Source of the DNA: Balanoglossus misakiensis | Taxonomy: Eukaryota; Animalia; Hemichordata | Assembly (NCBI GenBank): GCA_040954595.2 | Contig: CM082587.2 | Location: 4,110,093-4,174,092, forward strand | Direction of reading: 5' to 3' | Length of the DNA: 64,000 nucleotides | Shown here: positions 1 through 13,600 of the stretch, in pieces | Numbering within the stretch: the stretch's first letter is position 1 | How the letters are laid out: each line of letters begins with the position of its first letter | Position numbers and translations under genes: made by a program | Notes under the pieces: model-generated | Databases searched by the model: none | Told to the model about the DNA's origin: nothing | What the model saw: only the letters and a program-made list of their open reading frames with translations

Positions 1-912
1 AATTTTAAAAACAAAAACAAATATACGGTCAGACGAGTTTCCTTTTTTGTGAAAAGTACCTCTCAAACGATATATCACACATCTCGGGGCTGTTGACACC
101 AGCAATACTTACCAAATGCAGACTGCACGCGCAGTGGCGACTACACGCTCGTTTAGGCCATTCTTACAACGTACCGACCCCATTGTCAATTTCTAAAATC
201 GTCTCTCGTGGTCTCTGCCTTAATTGGACCATTACCTGAGGAATCGTTGAGAATATAAAAAAGCAAACTCGGAAAGGGGCTCTCCTCAGCTCATCTTCAA
301 TTATCTCTTTTTGCCTCGCTTTACGGCGTCCTATTTGTTTTTTCTCTTGACTCGCGAGATGACTTCGTTTAAATCTTTCCTTTTTTTACAACAGCCGAGA
401 AAATTACACCTAAATGTTGCAATTTGCTCCGACAATAGATTCCGAGAACCACCCGATGTTGTTATTTCAGGGAAAATTGGAGGGTCTTGAGTAGGCCGTC
501 TATAGAAATGCCAGTGACAGCCTAATAGCCACACTTACACGCGGAAAACAGCCATTGTGAATCTTTAAAAATGAAGATTTAGGCTCTCACATTCGTTTTT
601 TTTCTCTTCAACTCCCGGATTCTATTGCGCTGTAATGAATACAATCCGTCCAAATTTCAGTGGCATTTTGCTATAACTCCCGACTGGGACCACGACACGT
701 CTCCGCTGCTGCCACAAAACGAAATTGCTTCGGCTATTAGGAGGCTATTACCGCCCAAATCGCCCGCTACTAATCATGCTTATCACCGCAGATATTGCTG
801 GGAAAAGTACGATTTAATCGCTATCTAATTTGGACAATCGTTTTCAACAGTTCCACCTCCTTTGATTGACGATGTCTCAATGCACGGAACTCATGATTTC
901 AAAATAAATATT

Positions 913-3900
913 AAAGCTGCAAGCAGCATTGAAGGGGCCCAAGCATAGAGTTAATAACCATTAGACTCCATTCAGGGTTGCACCATTCAAATGCGTAGGC
1001 CGTATGTATTTGCTCTCGATGTTGAGATATGGGGAAGTAGGCAACCACCCGAAATGCATGTCCTACAACAAGTACAAACACAACAACCAAAGGTGAACTT
1101 CTACGTTGTAAGTACTTCAGTAAGTATACTTCAAAGGTCAGCTGAGGGTACCCAACATTTTTTTTATTTGGTTCATATTCAAGACAACGAAAAATCCCCG
1201 CTGGTTGGGTTTGTCAAATTAGATATGGCCATAATAATGAGTTACTCGAGTAAGTTACAGGTGGCCCCAGGAATTTAGCATTTCATGACGCAGAGGGTCC
1301 TACCCTACCCCTCCATACACCTGGCTATATATGATGTGCGTGCTAACATATGGAAAGCAGGTCAATGGACACCTGAGGTCACCCAAAAATTTGACAAAAA
1401 ATTTTCATTCCTGTTTATGTCATGTGCAACAAATCCTACATTTGCAGCCCTTTCACTTTGCCTACCATTAGGTATGCACGTAATACATGAATCAAGCAGG
1501 TGTCGCAGGTATCCCCCTGTATTTGACATTTCATGATAGTTTCATCCCTCCAAATACCAAAGCTGCACCTGTACAACGGGCTGAGATATGGCACTGTATG
1601 ACAGAGGTCATCCAAATCAACTTATACATTTGGGCAAAAACAAACTGACACTTACATTCGTCCCTGTGGAACAAAAACCACGCATATTGCCCTGTTGGTT
1701 AGTGTCCAATTAAATGTACAAAATCAATGACTTAGGCAGGTGCAACAGGGGACCCCGCCTTTGGTATATCATTATGGTCCCATCCGTATATGCCCCCCGC
1801 ACCCCCAACGCCAAAGCTGCATGCATCTGCTGTGGATGCTCACTAAGCAAAAGTAGGTGAAATGTCACATAAGGTCGCCCATAACTTGACAGGAAAATCG
1901 GACTTCAAATTGATCCATGTGCAACAAATACCACGCTAGCATCCCTTTCATTGACTCCACAATTACGCACATAATTGAGTTACACATGTGTCACAGGTGA
2001 CCCCCGAATCGGGCGTATTACTAGTATTTTGGTCCCATACATCTGCATGAAGCTGCGTGCCATTAAGGGCGACCTGATAACCCCCACGGCCACCTGTGGG
2101 CCGACCCCCATACTGAACGTCCAGTTGCAACGTCACGACTGAAGTAGGAACTTTTGAACGGCAACGAAGCCTGATCTCTGATTATTGCTGGTACCATACT
2201 CCTTACGTGCAAGAAAATCACTGGTCTGCTGATGTATTTCGGCCACATTAGCGACTGAGGGTCAAAGTCCGCGGCCGCATTACATTGAATGTTAACCAGT
2301 GTAGCCGGGTCTTGATAGAAACATTTGAACGGCATTAGCTAACAAACTCAGCGTAATTCAATAAAACGCCCTAACACAGCCTGAACTCCGATAATGTGTT
2401 GTCCCAAAATTCATTCCGTGGAAAATAATCACTGGTCAGTTTACGTATTTCAGCTGATTTTCCAAGGACTACTGCAACCCGCCAGAAGTGAGTAGCCTGC
2501 TAATGAGATCTCCACAACATTACGTAATGACGGTCAAAGTCCGATGCCCCAGTGTTCGTCCTCAGCCCACCAAAAAATGTGAAAAATATTACAAAAATCT
2601 TCTTCTCAAAATCAACGTGGCCTAGGACCCTGAAATTTGGCACAAGGGATTTTGGCCACATGGTCTACAAAAATCGCGAAAAGAATGTACATGCCCCCAT
2701 TAACGTGCAAATTAGGTCAATTTGAAAATTTCGCTCGATTATAGTCACCAAGTCACGTGACTAATTAAAAATTCAAAGGGCAGGTGCACCAGTACTCATG
2801 GGCCCCAACCATCGTGCCAAATTTCAAGGTCCTAGGCCACGTCGATTTTGAGAAAAACGGGAGCAAAAAAACGACTCAAGAAGAAAGAAGAAATATAGCT
2901 GCAAGCAGCGATGACGGGCACAAGCTTAAGCCGAAGGTCAAAGGTCATATGTGGTCACCCAAAAATTGGGCAAAAAGTTTTGACTCCCATACTAGTCCAG
3001 GTCCAACAGAAACCAGACCTCTAGCCCTATTGGTTTGTCTGAAATTAGATATGCACATAATTAATGATGTAAAGTGTAAGACTCTATAAATAGTTCGATC
3101 CATCCAAACACAAATGCTGTACCTGTTCTGGATGCCGAGATATAGGAAAGTAGGTCAAAGGTCACCTGAGGCCATCCGAAAGTTTAGCAAAAAATTTTGA
3201 CCCCATACCAGTCCAGGTCCAACAAAAATCAGGCCTCTAACCCTATTGGTTCGCCTAGAATTAGATATGCACATAATTAATGGGGTAAAGTATAAGGCTT
3301 CATTAGGAGTTTCATGCCTCCAAATGCCAAGGCTGTATCTGCGCTGGTTGCCGAGATATGGTAAAGTAGGTCAAAGGTCACCTGAGGTCACCCAAAATTG
3401 GGCAAGAAATTTTAACCCCATACTGGTCCATGTTCAACAAAAATCAAACCTCTAGCCCTATTGGCTAGCCTGGAATTAGGTATGCACATAATTAATGAGA
3501 TAAGCAGGTGTCACAGGTGACCCCTAATTTTGTCTTTTCAATTTTAGTCACAACCCTCCAAACGCCAAGTCAGTACCTGCTGTGGATGCCGAGATATAGG
3601 AAAGTAGGTCAAAGGTCACCTGAGGTCACCCAAAATTTGGGCAAAAATTTTTGATGCCATACTGATCCATGTCCCACAAGAACAAAACCTCTAGCCTTAT
3701 TAGTTAGCCTGGAATTAGGTATGCACATAATTAATGAGTTAAGCAGGTGTTACAGGTGAGCCCAAAATTTCGCCTTTTATTGTGGTCCCATTCTGCTCAC
3801 GGGCCAATAGAGAGTCACTGTACAGGACCATTGCACAGCCGACGTGGACATAGCGTCATAGCTTAACTATAGAAAGTATAGGCCCATGGCTGGGTTCAAA

Positions 3901-4333
3901 AATATGAAAAATAAAAAAATCTTCTTCTCAAAATAGACTTGGCCCACGGCCTTGACATTTTGCATGTAGGACACTGACCACATGGTCTGCAAAAATCGCT
4001 AAAAGAATTTTGATATCTCCATTCATATGCAAATTAGGCCCATTTGAAAACTTTGCCCATATATGGTCATCAGGTCACATGACTAATTAAACATTCACAG
4101 GGATACTGCACCAGCTCTCATAGACCTACACCATTGTGCCAAGTTTGAGATTTGTAGGTTCAGCCGTTTTCAAGATCTACCTGAGCAAAAAAACTACACA
4201 AGAAAAAAAAAAAAAAAAAAAGATGAAAAACCCCAGTAATACCAATAGGGCACAAGCCTGCTTGGCTTGTGCCCTAAAAACTCCAGCAATAACAGAAGGG
4301 GACCAAGCGCCTGAGGGCGCTTGGTCCCCTAAT
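913..4333. mobile_element. Non-autonomous Helentron/HINE-like element A (outer), with diverged ~235-245 bp internal tandem repeats and a terminal stem-loop
   Basis: Left end AAAGCTGCAAGCAGC..GAAGGGGCCCAAGC (913-944). Right end is a perfect 15-bp hairpin AGGGGACCAAGCGCC-tgag-GGCGCTTGGTCCCCT (4297-4330) echoing the left motif. Diverged repeat units near 1130, 1360, 1600, 1855. No coding capacity. Family assignment is by structure only. Confidence 0.6.
2896..4278. mobile_element. Related element B nested in the A-rich tract of element A; about four tandem units of ~214-239 bp
   Basis: Starts TAGCTGCAAGCAGCGATGACGGGCACAAGC. Ends in a 13-bp hairpin TAGGGCACAAGCC-tgctt-GGCTTGTGCCCTA (4246-4276). 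ATTAG(A/G)TATGCACATAATTAATG recurs at ~3043, 3261, 3475, 3714. Segment 3900-4210 parallels 2580-2890. Confidence 0.65.
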
Positions 4334-4879
4334 TAGTTCTCAGTGAGTCTCCTCCCGATGTGCGAGCGATAAGGACAATTCGTCAATCACTCCTCGGCAA
4401 ATTGCGCAGAAGTTTAAACCCGGGAAAAGAAAATCCCATTTACAGTCCACTCATCAGACACTGTAACTCGTATACATCTCAGCTGGGGTGTGCGCAGAAA
4501 AGTGTACTTAAGATTGCACAGCTAGATAAAGTTTGACGACAGCCAGTGTTGAAGTCTCGCCTACCACGAGAGGACTTCTATAAATTGCTCTGTCTGACAG
4601 ACACAGTAACATTTCTGACTGTTCACAGAATACGCCACGGTTTAACATTTCCGTTTTAATAGCTTCTGTTTTCTCCAGTGCGTTGAAATTCGAAACTTGC
4701 ATTTAAATTATATTTCGATATCACGATCGGCATTTTGATTGTTCCAACGACGATTCAAGTTGATAACTTTGTTTTTACATTGTTCGTATCAGATGTATTA
4801 AATTAGCAATGACATTTTGTATCTTCATTGCCATAGCAACGGTAGTGTGACTTGAAGTGATGGCATTGAAGCGATGTGG

Positions 4880-5036
4880 GTGAGTGAGTGAGTGAGTGAG
4901 TGAGTGAGTGAGTGAGTGAGTGAGTGAGTGAGTGAGTGAGTGAGTGAGTGAGTGAGTGAGTGAGTGAGTGAGTGAGTGAGTGAGTGAGTGAGTGAGTGAG
5001 TGAGTGAGTGAGTGAGTGAGTGAGTGAGTGAGTGAG
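4880..5036. repeat. (GTGA)n tetranucleotide microsatellite, ~39 units
   Basis: Perfect GTGA array read directly. It generates the spurious SLTH-repeat ORFs. Confidence 0.98.
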
Positions 5037-8000
5037 CGAGCGAGCATGTCGACAATGAGTGATATACAATCATGTAATGTATTATGGTGTGACGTGTGCG
5101 ATGCAACTGATCTTATAAAATGCTAAGCGATGTGATAGTGAGTGAAATACAATACAACTTTCTAACAAGAATAACATTCGTGAATTTTCTTGCATGTTTA
5201 TCATTGATATAATATGGCTAGTACTATAAAATTTACGCAAAATGAGACAATCATTATGCAGCTTTCGCAGAAGAACAGAGTGACCCAAATATCCATGCAT
5301 GGGTTGCTGAACAAGAAATTGAGAAATCAAATCTTGTTAAATGTAAGTGGCGTTGTTAACCGGAAACGGAAATTGAACATAAAGAGAATTTATTGCAACC
5401 AAATCGCAGAATGTACTATTTATATCAGAAATATAACTGGAAACAAAACCTGAGATGCGATTTTAGGTGTGTGCATCGTGACTCCCAGACATGATAGCTC
5501 CCTGACAAATTGCTACATCGCGGTCCAATTACCGCAACAATCGGTAAAGGTGCCCACCGACACAATTGAACGAAAACATACATGGACGGATGGATGGATG
5601 GATGGGTGGGTGGGTGGATCGGTGGGCGAGGGTATGGATTGATGGCCGCAAAATATATCTATTTTTTGTAAACTCATCTGAGCGCTCAGTACACAATATT
5701 TTCCGAAAGCTTCCTGGGCAAGGAATATTTCAGCCGAAAATTAGGCGCGAGAGCAGCACGGAGATTTATTCTTTTATTCATAGCGTTCATTACGTGAAGA
5801 TTTCCACTTTAAACCCCGCTGTTAACTCCTCTCAAGTACGCATTTCTTCTCGATTAAGTGAACCCATTAGCTCATCACCTTAACATGCGAAGGGTTATAT
5901 TGAAATTTTATGATTATTTATTTGAAATTAATATTCGAATATCATGCAATACCCCGAGGGAATCGATCATTACCGTAAAATACTACGACCATTTGTCGTA
6001 AAATAATTATGACTCGCGTATGGCGCCTTGATGCCTTTGATAATACAGTCAGGAATTTGAAGTGTTAAATGTGTGTTATTTTCCAAGCACTGTCCTCGAA
6101 GCTATCCGCGGACAGGATGCGGAGAAATTAATCTTAGACCCATTCACACAGCATTTGATCTATAACCTGTCCATCAGCATTTGCAATAGTAATCACTCTT
6201 CGGGTTACTTTCGGTCATGTCCTGCTCTCACGCGAGAGCGACAATATTTTTTTTGTATTTATGAAGGGTCTTGATTTTTTTTAGTAGATGTAAGAGGATC
6301 CATTCGTATCACTGCATAGCGCTTTGCGTCGCGGTGAATTGTTGTTCTATCTCGCAATACTGCGCACGGCAGCTAAATTATTCCTTATCGGAACTTCAAT
6401 CGGCCCACAAACATCAAAATCCAAATATCAACGAAAATTAATGTCAGAGATATGATGGTTGCTTGCAGGATCGTTTCCTGATGCCGCAATTCACGGTGAT
6501 ATATGAAACGCCGGTGATTAACTAATGATTTCACGATATCGTTTTCAGCGGTGAAATACTGAGACGGTGTCACTTCAGTATTATTATGATGTGCCGAGCG
6601 CTTTTTCGAGTTCAATTAGTAGCCGATCGGTGTCTGTTTGAACGCAGAAATCGGCGGAGATGGAAAGACAGTGAGTTGGTGGGTGGGGTAGGGTGGGTTG
6701 GGGTGCTGTGGGGTGTGTTGGGGATGTTCAGTGAGTGAGTTTGGTATGGTATGGATGGGTGGATGGATTGGTTGGGTGGTTATGACTTGTTTATCTGTCC
6801 CCTTGTATTTTGCACAGCGTTAAAATTCTAGTACTATGACTAAAAAATGCACCTTTGATACTGTCGCAAACTTGTCCATTCCTGACAATCGGTGATGAAT
6901 ACGAAGCGCTCCTTTACGACACACTATGACAGAACAGCAAGATAGCGGCGATAAACTTTATTACGGCGTATAGGCAGACAGTCCTTGTTTAATGTGCTAA
7001 TCATGTGATTCGTTTCCCGAGGGATGACGTCATTTTGAATGAATTTTACGCAATATCAAAAATTTTAACAAAGGCAAACTTTTTTGAAGTGAAATAAAAA
7101 AATCGATTTTAAACACAGAAATTCTTAATCTGCGCGTGGATGAAACCTTTTACGGAGTTTTTTTTCACATTTCAAGCTTGAAATTTAAAATTAACAGATT
7201 GGAACAATCGCCCGTATTCTACACTGTAGGCCTACATCGGCAGGAATTTCAACTCCGGTAGCAGCCAGATTAAAAAAGAAACGACGGCAGCTTAGAAATA
7301 AAAAAAACATTACATATTTTCTTTTAAAACCATCGTCAGTGACGCGCAATTAAACCCGAAATTATCTTATCTCTTCGCAACTGTCATCGACGATAAGCGA
7401 TCGACTTGTGTGCATCCATTACCGGCAACGCTGCCCACCCGGCCGTACTCTTATAACCGTCTATCTTGTTATAGCGCACTTAAAGCTCAACTACATTAAT
7501 TTCATTAAATTACGACATTACTTTGCAAGCATTCAATTATTGTCCGTGTCATCGGGACTGCCGAGGCGCGGAGGGCGACGGACTCGAGTGACGTCATGCA
7601 CCAGCTGTATGTAGATAGAGCCGGGATTCCAAAACCAGGGTGACGTTTTACCTTTTGATTCTTAAAATAACCACGCCGTGTGGCGCTTTTTAATATCATA
7701 AAGTGTGGCGTATTAATTGTCAAAGCCCATCAGGGTAAAACATCCAGCGGCGCGTCAGGTTTTGATGTAACTTGGCATCAATATTGCCCCTGGTTTCTTT
7801 TACAGTCACGGACCGGGCTTAAACACAACGAGGCAATTTGTACACACTCTGCAGTTATTACATGTGTACACGTAAGGTCCCAATCAAAGTTCAATTTCGT
7901 AAATGGAAAGAGTTTATTGACATAGAAATTTTCCATCGATGCGCCTACATGAAACGATGTGTACACACATTTCACAAGTGGGGAAATTAGGAAAATAAAA

Positions 8001-8249
8001 CAAGCGGCGATTAAATGTCCTAATCATTGGCGCTGCGTCGGATTGAAAGGTGAGTTTCCAGTGGACATTCACTCTAATGCTATTGATTGAAACAACGAGT
8101 GCAAATTAACTGTTAAATGCCAATTTACACAGCGAACGTGTCTTCCATTATCAACGTTGTTGTGCGCCAGCTAGCCCGCGCACCAGAAGGTGGAAAAATA
8201 CCGTTGCGTTGACAGTGTCTGTGGGCTAAACCATAGACCCAAACCGATT

Positions 8250-8356
8250 GCGATTCGGCGCGTTTCAGCATTGTGTTGATTTCTTGTCCGCACGCGCGCG
8301 ACGCGATTCGGCGCGTTTCATCATTGTGTTGATTTCTTGTCCGCGCGCGCGCGACG
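8250..8356. repeat. 53-bp direct tandem duplication (2 copies), CpG-rich
   Basis: GCGATTCGGCGCGTTTCA(G/T)CATTGTGTTGATTTCTTGTCCGC(A/G)CGCGCGCGACG starts at 8250 and again at 8303. Confidence 0.9.
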
Positions 8357-10607
8357 GAAGTATTCGACGCGTTCACGCTCGCCTCTGCCGGGCCAGAGGG
8401 ATCGAGTGCCTCGCAAAGACCGACGGCGCCCCGAGGACAAGTGAAAACCCGCTAAATCTTTCCATGCTGGATATCGTTCTAGCTTTCGTGGAATTATTTT
8501 AATCCAGGCCAAACAGAAAAGTGCTCACAACTGCACTTTCAAACAAACCAAAAAGCTTTGCCTGGCTGAAATTTCTGCACACAAACTTTATACCTCAATA
8601 ATACCCAAATTCGATTACTCAAAACTCACTTCTGATATCATAAAAAACTTAAGTTATTTTAATGTTGACCAAGACGTCGTCAATTGCAATAGAAAAAAAA
8701 AGAATTTCGGAGTACGCGTGCTTGGTATTTATATTGAAATAGTTCAACACTGCGATGGAAAGAAAATCTGCCGCATATGTTTCTGGGCGACGTGGACGCG
8801 TTACAGAACCAGCGGTAAAATTACTGCCATATCGAAACAACTGAAGTTTGTCTCGCTTGCCAGCTTGTTGACTGATGTGGATTGCCTCCCCTGCGTGAGC
8901 TAGCGTTGAAATTATTGTATTTTAGCCGTTAGCAACTGTCATTTAGAGTAATTTTCCAGCAAAACTAACAATACTGATAAGTAGTCTTTGGGGAGTCGTT
9001 CAAACGAGATACAGGAAACTATTAATGGGTAAAGTAATAAATGGAAAAGGAAATATGTGCCCGGTACTTGTGAACCCCGATAATTGTGTCTCATTCATCA
9101 TTATCAACACGCCGAGTTGTAGATACTCCACAAGCCCGCCCCCTTGCACCACGAGTTGAGCGCTGTAATTTCAGCAGCAGGAGTCTGTGTACAGTTCCGA
9201 ATCTCTCGGCTTCGCGGGATTTTGTTTTAAGGTAGTACGCGCCTCGAAAAACAAAATCTCAGTAAACCTTTTCTCGTGCTTTGCTCAAAGCAACATTAGG
9301 CTGTTCTCTCTTAAAATCAAGAATAAAAATTGGGGGTCACCGCGCAAAATTTTGGACAGAGCAAAATTGTCAAATTGTCTCAAAGTTGAAATTCAAAATG
9401 GCCGCCCAAAATGGCCGCCGATGTCTGTGTTTAACTCTATGGAGAAAAAAGTTTTTTCGTGTATGAGTGAGTGTGAGGGAGGGGGGTGGATGAATTTAAA
9501 ATATCGGGGTGAATTTCGAGGTTAGCCGTCACTACAGAAGATAAAAAATTGCTGTGTTGGGGGGACGAGGTCCCGAGATCTACTTGGAGATGCAGTCAGT
9601 TGTCGTGTTTGTCATCGGCGCCGTCACTATGGCAACTGTCCAAGTGAAGGCCTCGTTATTGCCTAAATAGACTTGATTTTCTCTGACGATCGGTGGTTAC
9701 ACTTTCCGGTCGTCATCCTATAACTGTGGTTAATTCTAGTGTTCGGATCTCGGGTTGCCTTTGTTGACAGGCGGGAATTACTCCTTCTTTGGTCGGCGGG
9801 TGGTAAGATGTGCCGACATTTCCGGTGGTTGTCAAAATTATGCATCATGATTACCAATTTCCAGGGCAATCATATTTCGGAATGGGGAGCGGGGGGAGGG
9901 GGTGTGAGACTGAGCAATTTTTTTTTCCGCCAGACACGACATGTTTCCAAAGCAGAGATGATCACGAAGCAACAGAAGTTGACACGCACGAGGATAATGC
10001 GCGCAAATGTCTGAAGAGACATGATTTTCATCAAACCCGTCGACAGCTGTACCATTACCTGTAAGAGGGGTGATAGGTTGGCAAGTGAAGAGTGCCAACA
10101 AATCACATCTAGGAACAATCGTTAAATTGTAATTGAAATTTTTAATATGTACACAAACAGTTTGGTCAACAGAGCAACAGGCTTGAACTGGCTCGGATTA
10201 TATAACAATTTTAAATAAGGTTTTGAATAGGATACATAAAAACATGTATTGGAATATTTGCTATATTCCAAAACTACTACCCCCTCACCCAGTGAACCCC
10301 CACCACTTGCACTTCTGATAGCATAATAACTAATTTACGTAACAATACAATAAATTGTGTGGTGTTGTATGTGGGGTTGTATTTGAGGTGGGTGAGGGGA
10401 GGTCCTTGGGGAGGGGTGAGGGTGTCAGGACTTGACTGTGGTAACTAACAATCCTTACAGTCAGCTCACTTTCGTGAGAATTACTGGTGAGATTAAACTT
10501 AGACCGCGCGTAAGCCTGTAAACAGGATAAGTAATTTTGTGAGGGGGAAAATCGTCCCACTCCAAAACATGCTATCCCACTATACCCTAGAGAAGTCAGA
10601 ACAAAAT

Positions 10608-13600
10608 TTAATGATCCCCTCTTCCGTAACGCTTGGGGAGCGGGTCGACGAGCATGCTCTCCAGGTTTTCAAAGACGGTGTGCGGATCTTGGTCGGCGTT
10701 GATGTGCTGCGAGTCCTCGTAGAACTCGGCGATCTCCTCGGCGTACGCCTGGTACGTGGCCAGCTGCTTCTTGACTTCGGGCTCCGAGTCCTTGGCATGC
10801 AACTCGCAGCGGTCTTTGATTTCCTGCGTCCTCGGAGGATTGTACAATTCATGGTAGCGCTCCCCGGTAATGGGGTCGGTCGTCCGGAGGGTCAGTCGTT
10901 CAATGACAGAGTCGTTAGGAACGTCGAGGAAAAACACCCTGCAAAACGACACCGTGGAGAGACGCTTTAGAAAAGCAAAAAAAAAAGTATCGGCAATACG
11001 CGCGGTTTGCGCCGGTGACAAGATGACAAAGTGCCACTCCCGCAGGATGGCACAGCGAGACATTTCGACTAGCTCGGGTGTCACGTCGACCCTGCAAAAT
11101 CAACAACTCGTAAATCTCATTGAAAAAAACTTTTGTATCCCGCCATGAATCATGTACATTACATCAGCGTTCGTTTCGAAGCTTGAACTGAACTTTGATT
11201 GGTTCTTAACTTTGGGGTCAGCAGGCCAAAAGCTAAAGTCAACATCTCTTCTGTTGTGCGCAGATCTGAACTGCGGTTCTTCAATTTAAATCATTTTTTT
11301 TTATTTCACACAATGATTTAGGAAAGTTTGGAAGCACGGGGTTATCTGATGTTATGATTACACATTATTTTACTGCTATCTTGATATTCATATATTCTTG
11401 AATTCTTTTTATGAGTTGCAAAAGAGATCAGTTCTGCTGATATCGGAATAAATTCATCATTTATTTCCCGACAGTCTTGAATACCTGCTATCTCAGTCAA
11501 ATCTTTTACTGTATCCCACATCAATTTCTCTCAAAATGCATGTAAAGAAAGAAAGGGTGTCTTGGGCAAACCTCTGACAAGAAGTTTGAAGAATTTCATC
11601 TCAATATCTAAGCCTTTCAATGCAAAACAAAGTCCAGTTAGAATAATATAATTAAAAAAAACAGGGCGGGGCTGGTCTTCTACGAAGCATACATCTAGGA
11701 TTCTCCATGTCTGCCACAAAGATGTTCCACGGAGAAAAGATAGCAATCATGGAATTGAGACACACACACACACAGACACACAGACTCCACCCACCTGTTT
11801 GGTTCAAATCCGGCACTCGTCAAATTCTCAGCTTGCTCTCTGGTTCTGGGGAATCCACGCAGGACCCAACCCCTGGAAACGCAGTCAATCTGACTCAGGC
11901 GATCTTTAAGTAGACTCATTATCAAATTATCAGGCACTGCGGAAAACAATGAACAAACGAAAAGAATTAAAGTCGAAAGCAGGGTTGATCAGGAAAGCAT
12001 GACTTGCACAGAAGCATATCCTGCCAACGATTATTCAACTGTTTTTTTCAAAAATGATCAAACTTTTATCTCCCAGTTATGAAACTGGTCCATGGCTGGA
12101 AAACATTGAAAGAGTTGACATCCAGGTAGAATTCACCACGGAGACACAACTTTTCAGGTAAAAGTAACAATCCTTCAAAACTTCCCATGTTTGAAGGTGT
12201 ACTATCCCAATTTTACAATCACCACAGAACTACAGAGGGCACTGTGTCTTCACGACATATAAATCACACTTGCAGGAGTACACACTGCAGAATGTAGACA
12301 TCTCAATGTTTCAACCACTGGTGGCGCCCTGACACAACACATTGCAACACTGTCTAACAGTGGGAATAACATATGCAACAGACACATACCCTAGACACAG
12401 ACAGAAAGCAAGAATCAGTGATATAAAAAAAAACATACTCATCATGTCCCGTTCAACATAAGGTTTGATAGCCTCTCCGATCTTGGATTCATTAACAATA
12501 GCTTCCTTGACGAGCTGACCGGTAGATACTGAAGATGAAAACAAAACACACACAAATGTTCACTACACACAATGTATGGACACTCCTATCCTTCAGAAAG
12601 TTAACTTTTCACATGATGTGTGTGGGCCTGGTATTCATGTATCTCCCGAACAGGCCCTTACCAAGGAGATTCAGCTGTACTCCCTTTTTAATAACAAGAA
12701 TCGGGGAGGTTAGCGAGATAATACCAGGTGTAATGAATTCGCTCTGAGTACTCACCGCTGACAATGTGGTATTTACTAGCGAGCAATGCAGCCTGTGTTT
12801 TCTTGCCGCTTCCAGTCGGTCCCAGTAACACAATGCGGGGTGAGTGTGGGGCTGCTGTCCTGGCTTGAGAATTCAGGAATGTCCAGGCTGTACAAGTTGC
12901 AACGAGAAAAAATAATCAGTAAGCTCTAATAATGGTTGTGGCGTTCTCAATGTCATGTAGGCCAAACCACATCAAAATGGGGGTCAACAGCTACATACCT
13001 TGTGAGAAGACATCCGATTTGGGTTGATCTGCGTTGATCTTCTTGCTGACTTTCTCGTAACAGCTGAGGATGCCGTCGATGTGCCGATGGTAGACGACTA
13101 GGCGACTCACCATTGCCTCCTCGCTGTTGTTGTCGGGTTCCACCAGGCGGTGGGCGATGTCAGGGCTGGTTGGCCAGTCAAATGTGGTGTGGTATACGCC
13201 TAATGATGTGAAAATCATACATGTCAAGATTAGGTAATGTATGGAGAATACCTGACTTTGAAGTACATGCTTAGTTGACGAGCAATGAAACTCAATGTAA
13301 CACTCCTGTTATCCATTCACAACTCAACAGTTGTAGGAGATGCAATGTTATGTTTTCTGCGTGTTTGGGATTTGCAACTTACTTCCTGTCTGTGGGTCCA
13401 CTCTCTTTCCCATCTGTCGTTCAATGAGAACAGTGTCTGGTGAATCGAGCAAAACTGTAACACAAGCAATGACAACACCTTGTTGAGAACATGAGTGACA
13501 AGAATGATTCGTGGCTGCCAGTCCAGAAAATGTCTCCCTCATGAGAAAAAAAGTCACATTAGATGTTGGAAACACCACAACGAGCATTTGTTAACATTTC

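Noticed and set aside
2896-3800. Regularly spaced repeats as a CRISPR array
   Set aside because: Units are 214-239 bp and homologous throughout, with no unique spacers and no cas genes; the context is eukaryotic.
4775-5106. Three ORFs with SLTH repeats
   Set aside because: Translations of the (GTGA)n microsatellite.
9590-9670. Signal-peptide-like ORF MQSVVVFVIGAVTMATVQVKASLLPK
   Set aside because: Only 26 codons, weak donor, no downstream exon identified.
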